From positions 79,670,001-79,734,000 of the forward strand of contig OX597820.1 of NCBI GenBank assembly GCA_951406725.2: 64,000 nt of DNA. The letters are read 5' to 3'. Position 1 is the stretch's first letter; every line of letters starts with the position of its first letter. The notes below the pieces were generated by a model. That model saw only the letters and a list, made by a program, of their open reading frames with translations. It searched no databases and had not been told where the DNA came from. This DNA comes from Octopus vulgaris. Taxonomy: Eukaryota. This document shows positions 56,101 to 64,000 of the stretch, piece by piece. Both the position numbers and the translations under genes were made by a program.

Positions 56101-57399
56101 TCAGTTTAATATAAACCTGACTGAACATTCACAATCAATGAAAATGTTAATAATCAATATTTGATGGTTGGATGAAATGTTCTAAGAACTGAATATAGTT
56201 TGAAACTCCCAGAGACGCTGTAATTTTCCACCATGCTAAATCTGGGATGAAGGTTCGGTTCTCAGTTAAATTATTTCATTCGTTTCTGATGACCTGTTTT
56301 CTGGTTATGGTTATTAACCTAGAGATGTCTCCTGTCAATAGCTTGAAGTGGGCTTCATTCAGTAGTTTTGTGTACTTCATATACAATATCTTGGAAAAGG
56401 CCATAACAACGAGAGGTGTCCATTGTTGATATCAAGAAAGGGTCATAGTCGATAGATAGGAAATATTCATAGTAAATAGTTGGGAGAGGTCCATAGTTAA
56501 TAGGTAACAAAGACCCTTCGTTAATAGTCAGGTGAGAAGCCATAGTCAGTCGGCGGGAGAAAGCCACAATCAATAACGAGGTAGACTTGTCTTTTACATC
56601 CGAAAGATAAATCTGAGTCTGATGTCTTCAGTTTTGATTTAGTCACATGACAAAAACAATCGGAAACAATCAATTGAATCTCTACGCTGATATTTCTTTC
56701 ATTGGCAAAATAGTGATTTGCCTGAATAAATGCTCAAAATGTTCAGTGAGCGAAGTATTTACTAGTATACAGTCGTCATATAATCCAAATGACTGTGTCA
56801 TTTAAGTGATTGACAATCTGCTGAAAATAAGCCATTTTCATTTTTTTTTTAAGTGTGACTGACTTACAGGTTCGTCTAACTTAGTGAATTTAGGAGCCAC
56901 TGAGTAAGATAAATTTGTGAAGGGAGTAACCAGCGGAATAACTTTAAATTTTTATGAATATTCCCAAAGAAGAAATACCAGATCGTTTTGAGTGATCAAC
57001 CATTAATGGTTACGGCTCTTGATTGATAAACAATCATCCAAGAAAAACAGACGTTGTTGGAAGATTGAATTTTCGATTTACGAGCGTTTTTGTGGTTATA
57101 TTCATAACAAGTCTACGAATATGAGTGTCACTAGAAACGAAGTGAGGTTTAGAAAAGTATGAGCATTATTCTATCTTATTTCTCCTCTTCTCCAAAAGAA
57201 GGTACAATTCCTAGATAAAGAAAACTAATGTTTCTTGCCTCAGTGATGAATGAGGGCTGTGAAGCAAGATGTCAGAATTCAGAAAATCAAAAACTCCGCG
57301 TAGTTTCAATCTCAGGTCAATCACATCATTTCACCTTTCTCTTTAAAAACGATTTTGTCCTAAACAAGGCTTGAGACCACTCTAGTGTAAGGGACTAGA

Positions 57400-57600
57400 A
57401 AAAGAAAGGCCTAATAAATTCAAAAGATGTCGATTGACACAAAGTCCAAAGGACTGAATATAATGAATCAGAGAAAGCAAGATGATGGTAATGAGTTCCA
57501 GAGAGTAGAAATTTGAAGAATAAAAGAATTTATGACTAACAAGAAGCTCAACAGAAAAACTACGCGCCTGGGGAGAGAAGATGACATGTTTAATATCTTT
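57400..57600 (-). mobile_element. Old CR1/L2-like LINE 3' scrap
   Basis: SFILQISTLWNSLPSSCF..VNRHL resembles the terminal RLWNSLP motif. Confidence 0.5.
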
Positions 57601-58231
57601 CCAAACAAAAAAGATATGGTAAAGTTCTGTCCCTTCAAAATATGAAGTCTTTACTCTAAGTCAAAAAAAATAAAAGCAATAGTTTTCATTTTGGTCGAGT
57701 AAAAATTCTGTTGCCGACCTGCAAAGTTTGAGAAATTTCTTTTCAGAGCTGAAATTTACTTCAGTAAACGTTTTTCAAAGAAATCATTTGGAAAAACATG
57801 TAGGTCAAAGTTTCAAGTTCCTCCCACCTTAATGTATAAAAATTTGCATGTATAAATTTTAATGTATAAAAATTTGTATTTAGTTAACAGAACTCTTAAA
57901 GCAACAGCTATCTTCCAAATAATAGACATTTGATACATTTGTTGTTAGAACGTATCAATTCATTCATCAATAAAACTAAAAATTTGGTTTAGAACTAAAT
58001 TCCCAACAAATCGTTTCCCAATTGTTATATTTTCCTTCGGTTATGCCCCACTAATTCTTGGTCTGGGTTCAAAATGTCAAACCTCCCATTTCTCTATCTC
58101 TTAAAAGGATCAACTTTAATATCTTAGTTGAAAATAGTTATCTTGAAAACAATGCTATTAAATCAACCCTATTATGTTTTAAAAGCCTGAAAACAAAATG
58201 CAACAGCAATGTATAATGGTGAGTAATGAGG

Positions 58232-58432
58232 AAGCGAGTTGGCAGATTCGTTATCTTGCCGGACAAAATTCTCAGAGGTATTTCTTTTGAGTTCAAATTC
58301 CGCTGAGGTCGACTTTGCTCTTCATCCCTTCCGGAGTCGATAAAATAAGTACCAGTCGAGCACTGGGATCAATTTAATCGACTTAGCCCCTCCCCCGAAA
58401 TTGCTGGGCTTGTGACAAAATTTGAAACCAAT
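58232..58432 (+). mobile_element. SINE family A (short-tail variant)
   Basis: CORE-like block plus CTTGTGACAAAATTTGAAACC tail. Confidence 0.8.
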
Positions 58433-59990
58433 ATATAGTGGTGAGTGATGAGAATGGCGAATCGATTCACTGAAAAGTTCATTTCAACATTGACAAGAAA
58501 ACGGTTTTGTTAGGCGGAAGGATCAGTGTTTATGACATTTCATAGTCTTTTGAGACTGGTGAGATTAATGCACTTAAATTGGCCCTACTCAGTAAGAATA
58601 TATTTTGAGTTCGGTGTTTTTCCCGAATGGGTTTATTAACCCATTCGGAAGAGGTTGTTTTCTATAGACAACGGTCTAGATGGGATTTTAAACTCGAAGC
58701 GCACAGAGCCAGACAATCTGCAAGACATCCGCCATTCGACTCACAAACAGAGCCACCGATCCACTTCCCTGTATTGATGCATTATTTATGCCCCCCCCAC
58801 GAGTGGATGAAAGGCAAACTTGACCTCGTCGTGATCTGAACTCAGAGCACAATGAGCCGGGACAAAAATCTCGCACAGATACGGTATGATGCTCAAACGT
58901 TTCTGCCAATTCACTGCATTTATTGAAAAGAAAGACAAGAACGAGTGTGAAGTAGCAATCACTCGTTTCAATAAATTTGTTTAAAACCAGAAAGAAAGAT
59001 TTACAAGTTTTATATTTCATGTAAAGAAACTTATCAATGGCTGCTATTTCAACGTCTTAGAAAAGACATAACTGACCAGTTTCTCTTATGTTTTAACTTT
59101 TATTTCTTTCGGTCATTGGATTGCGGCCATGCTGTGGCATCGTATTTTAGGGTTTAGTCGAACAAATTTCCCCCTGTGCCTAGTACTCATTCTGTCTTTC
59201 TCTTTTGTCGAAAAGCTACATTACGGGGATGTAAACAAACCAGCACCGGTTGTCAGTCTGTGGTTGAGAACAAACACCACTCACACACATAACGCCTGTT
59301 GACAAATGACACAAGAATGACGTAATACTTAAATCTACGTTAAAGGACTGAGTTTTATACCAAATTCTAATCATGGCGGTTTCACGGGAAGTCACAGGAA
59401 TTCAAGACAAAGAATCATCCGAAAGAAAGTAATCCGAACAGAATTATACGAGTTTAAAGCATAGTAATGGAAGTGGCAAAGATCAAAGATGAGAACTTCC
59501 TGTGAAGAATATTAAAAAGAGGTTCAAATGCTTTCGAAGTAATTCTAGCGATTCTATTTTAGAAATATTCAATTTGAAGTAGGGAAGGCTCAACGTAATA
59601 GCTATAAATGAATTAGACATTTTACGATGTTGCAATTTTAAGTTCTTCTAATTTTAACTGATCAAATATCAAGAAATATTCAATATACAGCAGACAATGT
59701 TCGATATGGTAGATGTAAAAGTATTCTTCATTTTACCATTCATTGCATATACTCAATAAACAGCAGATGTCATTGCTGCTTATAAAGGCAATGAATAATG
59801 ATACCTTGTGAATTTATGTGTTTTTTTCTCGAGGCCAGTAATATATAAAGTTGTTCCCAGGTTTTCATGGCGTATCAGTGACTGACATCACAACATTCTC
59901 AGAGTGGAGTGTCGGTTTATTGCAGGCTTCAAGGCCAGCAAATTTGAAGGGAGGGATCAAGTCAATGACATCAACCCAAGTACTTGACTG

Positions 59991-60291
59991 TGGAGGCACA
60001 TGGCCTAGTGGTTAGAGCAGCGGACTCGCGGTCGAGGGATCGTGGGTTCGAATCTCAGACCGGGCGATGTGTGTGTTTATGAGCGAAACACCTTAGCTCC
60101 GCGCAGCTCTGGCAGAAGGTAATGGCGAACTTCTGCTGACTCTTTCGCCACAACTTTCTCTCACTCTTTCCTCCTGCATGTTGCAGCTCACTTGCGACGG
60201 ACCGGCGTCCCGTCCAGGTGGGGAATCCTATACGCCAAGGAAACCGAGAAAACCGGCTCTATGAGCCAGGCATGGTTCGAGAAGGAACAAA
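59991..60291 (+). mobile_element. SINE family C variant with an alternative tail, inserted in a minus-strand family A copy
   Basis: 14-bp TSD CAAGTACTTGACTG at 59977-59990 and 60292-60305. Confidence 0.9.
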
Positions 60292-61692
60292 CAAGTACTT
60301 GACTGGTACTCTATTTTATCAATCCCGAAAAAATGAAAGGCAAAGTTGGAAGGATATGAACTCAGAACGTAAAGAGCCGGAAGAAACCCCGCTAAGAGTT
60401 TTGTCCAACGTGCTGTCGATTCTGCTAGCTCACCATCTTAGTCATTCAGCTGCTAATGCTAAGTTTCTGAAACTAGTCCATTTTATTATAGCTTTCTAGC
60501 GTTATTATGAGTAGCGTACTAAAAATACAGTAACCTGTTTGTAATTTCTCCGTCAACTTTTTATTGATTCCAAAAGTTCAATAAATGTCATTGATACTAA
60601 GGCTTGGAACACATCAATGAAACGTTTGCACTATATTTTTCCTTATAGTTATCGGCTAATAAAAAATAATTAGAAAATTAATTACTGATGTTAAACTTCA
60701 TAATTAAAATTACATGACAAAATTTTGAGTAATTAATAGATGAGGATCGGCAATGTCACACCTAAAAGTGCTCAAGTCTTTGAATCTAATTTATTTTAAG
60801 CATCGACCAACATGGGATTGTAAATTACAGAAATATTTATTATTAGCTCAAGTGAAAATAAACTTCTTACTATTATAACTTATTGAAACAAGCGTTTCCT
60901 CAAACTTCGTCCGACATCTTCTCAGTTGATAGAATCTGGCGATGGATTCTCTCGTCACTGCGACGAACGAGGATTCAGCATGATACAGCTGCATTGTGTA
61001 GGGCTGTGGAAAAAGGCCATCACCCTTTGACCGCCTCTGTACAGGGTCAAAGTTGAAGGCTTCCAGTAATATTCTCTACTTGTTTCCCAACGGTCACTGG
61101 GCTTATGAAGAAAGTGTGATGGAATAGGTGCTGGTGCCTTCGTTTGCTGAACAATTAGCACGAGGAATACTGCTACAGTGGGCATAATCTGTGTAGAACC
61201 AGTCTCACACTCTCGTCCTTCAAACATACACTGGTCTGGTGCAACAAGTGCCAAAACCTCAGTAGTTACTCGGATGCAGGATTTGTACGAAGTTATCTTC
61301 TTGTAGATGAGCAGTTAAAGGGCTGAAGTCTCTCATTTGTTCTGGGCCCATCGAGGTGCTTGTAAATGACATACTTCCACTGGCAGTTCTGTGGCATACT
61401 AATTAACTCATAAGAAGGACCCTAGTGGGTGCTACAAATCCAGGTCAGAATAGGCCCGGGAACAATTGTGACCAACAGGTGGTTCCACACTACTCAAAAC
61501 ACTGGAACTTCCGAACCAGGTTTCTACTACCAGATGCTTTTTAAGGTCATACCCAGGACAACCCTTTTCAGGAACAAGAGATAAAAACAGCTTTCTTTGG
61601 TAGTTTTCTTTAGCTGATCTAAAGATATTAACAGATCTTCTGTTAAACCATTCTGAAAAAATAAATGACAGCTTGAAAATTAGTTTTGATGT

Positions 61693-61933
61693 CTTTTATT
61701 GTTTTCTTGTTCCAGTCATTAGCCTGCAACCATTCTGGGACACCGCTTTGAAGAATTTTAACGGAACGAGTCGACCCTAGAGTTCTTAGTTTTTAAAGCC
61801 TGGTACTTATTCTATTTATCTTTTTTGCCAAACTGCTAAGTTACGGGGATATAAACACAACATCGGTTGTCAAATAGTGTTGATGAACAAACACACAGAC
61901 ACACAGACACACAGACACAGACACACACACACA

Positions 61934-62001
<68 letters not shown>

Positions 62002-62150
62002 ACGGGCTTCCATAGTTTCCGTTTACCAAATCCTCTCGAAGGCTTTGTTCATCCCGGTGCTATAGTAGAAGACACTTGCCCAAAGTGCCATGCAGTGGGA
62101 ACGAACTTGGAAACATGTGGTTGGGAAGCTTACTTCTTAACCACACAGCC
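61693..62150 (-). mobile_element. SINE family B with (CA)n core
   Basis: Reverse complement of family B. Confidence 0.8.
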
Positions 62151-63141
62151 AAACCGGTGTCCATTTGCAAAGAGCAAATTTATTCAAGACATATATCTTT
62201 GACTCACTCCTGATGGAATGTTGAGTGGCAAACATGATATGATGAGAATTTCATCAAATAGAGTTTTCGGAAGCATCGTTTCGAATTACTCCATTCATTT
62301 CTCATAACGGAATGATTCAGTATAAGAGAGGAATTTTGGAACTGGTTCAGAGACTGAAATGTTTTAGAACATAATAAAACGTTTATAACTGGAATACGAT
62401 CAGCTATGTTAGGCATGATATTGTCACATTTAGTTCTATACAAAAATATAAAATGAAAACTTCAAACTGCATTGCATTGATTGTAAAATTGGGGATTTCC
62501 ATTAAATAAAGACAAACGGCCTGTTTAGCGTCATAAAAATATACAATTCATGAGTCAAACTCTTACAGATAAAAGAATTTCAACTGTAAAAAGGAAAGCT
62601 ATTACATGCGCTAAATCTCCGAAAATTAGTATTGAATCGTGAGGTTTAAAATGAGTTTGTATAAAATGATAAAGCAAATAGTAAAATTTGTTAGAACTTC
62701 TGAATAGGTTAATGCATGAAGACTGGAACCAAACGCCAATTCGCACAAAAAGAGTTTTCTATTAAATCAACAATGAATTGCCTGAAGTAATATTTTATCG
62801 TTTTTTTAAACGTAGATTCTAAAACAGCTTTAAGAGTCGATTTTAAGCCAATGAATGGAACTAAACGTGGACATATAGGAAGAAAAGAATTTAGTGAATA
62901 TTATATCTTTTGTTAGTGACAAACAGTGTCTTTTGAAAGATTCTATGAGAAGGTCTTAGAAAGAGCATGTGATCATTTCCAAATATTCTTTTGGAATTGA
63001 AAAATAGATCACGAACCTCGTCTACATAATATTTTCAAGACAGTTTAGCTGAAGGGTTATGAGACGACAAATGCTTAACCTTTTCATGAAAAGTACGCAA
63101 AAATCATTCAATATCACTGTTTCATTATCGCATCTTAGTGA

Positions 63142-63550
63142 AGGCAGCTAGCTGGCAGAAACGTTAGCACGCCTGTAGAAATGCATAGCGGTATTTCGTC
63201 TGCTGTTACGTTCTGAGTTCAAATTCCGCCAAGGTCGATTTTGCTTTTCTTCCTTTCGGGGGCGATTAAATAAGTACCATTTACGCACTGGGATCGATAT
63301 AATCGACTTAATCCGTTTTTCTGTCCTTGTTTGTCCTCTCTGTGTTTAGCCCCTTGTGGGTAGTAAAGAAATAGAAATAGGTATTTCGTCTGCCGTTACA
63401 TTCTGAGTTCAAATTCCGCCGAGGTCGACTTTGCATTTCATCCTTTCGGGGTCGATAAATTAAGTACCAGTTGCGTACTGGGTCGATTTAATCCACTGGC
63501 CCCCTACCCTCCAAAATTTCAGGCTTTGTGCCTAGAGTAGAAAAGATTAT
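63142..63550 (+). mobile_element. SINE family A dimer with TSD
   Basis: Full unit plus headless unit; ATTATCGCATCTTAGT is duplicated at about 63124-63139 and 63546-63561. Confidence 0.88.
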
Positions 63551-63699
63551 CGCATCTTAGTAATGAAAATGGAATTATTCCATATAAAGGTGAATAACAC
63601 AAATTGTTTTAGACAAGAATTGAGTTCCACCCTGAGTGTAACTGGTATAATTGCTAAAACGTTTTCCGTGTTCAAGCAGCTAACTCAATCTTTCGAAAG

Positions 63700-64000
63700 A
63701 TCTCTGGAATAACTTTACACGACAGGGTGCTTATCGCGGAGATCACGAAGTCTCTCCGGGTCGAGCTGCTGTTTCTCTGCATTGAGACGTCACAATTCGG
63801 ATATTATGGAAATGTGATTAGAATATTAGAGGAAAGAATCCCAAGATGGATCGTTGAAACTGAGCCAATGAACAGGAAACCTGGGGGAAGACCAAGAACA
63901 AAATGGTTGGATAACATCCATAGTCTTAGTTGATCACACTTAGGAATTCAGATGGAAAGTATGACAGTTGTTTCTGATAGGACTCTATCGAGGGGACGGC
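63700..64000 (+). mobile_element. RTE LINE C-terminal fragment
   Basis: YGNVIRILEERIPR..RKPGGRPRTKWLDNI. Confidence 0.8.

Overview
Eukaryotic, AT-rich, microsatellite-saturated genomic DNA. The repeat landscape (three tRNA-headed SINE families, RTE/CR1/Tx1/R4-type LINE fragments, mariner relics, Penelope-like remnants) suggests a cephalopod genome, probably Octopus; this is an inference. The only credible host coding sequence is a terminal exon at 766-868 (+) with a putative ~1.5 kb 3' UTR. Almost all long ORFs in the track are microsatellite read-through or transposon debris. Most notable observations: (1) a 365-nt tandem, rod-folding retrozyme/Penelope-LTR-like unit carrying a type I hammerhead motif with a compensatory U3-A8 core pair, plus further hammerhead motifs elsewhere; (2) two SINE-LINE tail partnerships visible within the window, including a SINE tail resembling a Tx1 3' end; (3) several non-LTR lineages each embedded in a different microsatellite; (4) an old, same-orientation module repeated about 7 times across 18-50 kb; (5) many long hairpins and inverted repeats; (6) a Helitron whose empty site is present in a paralogous sequence. 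All alignments and identities were judged by eye, and repeat boundaries are approximate.
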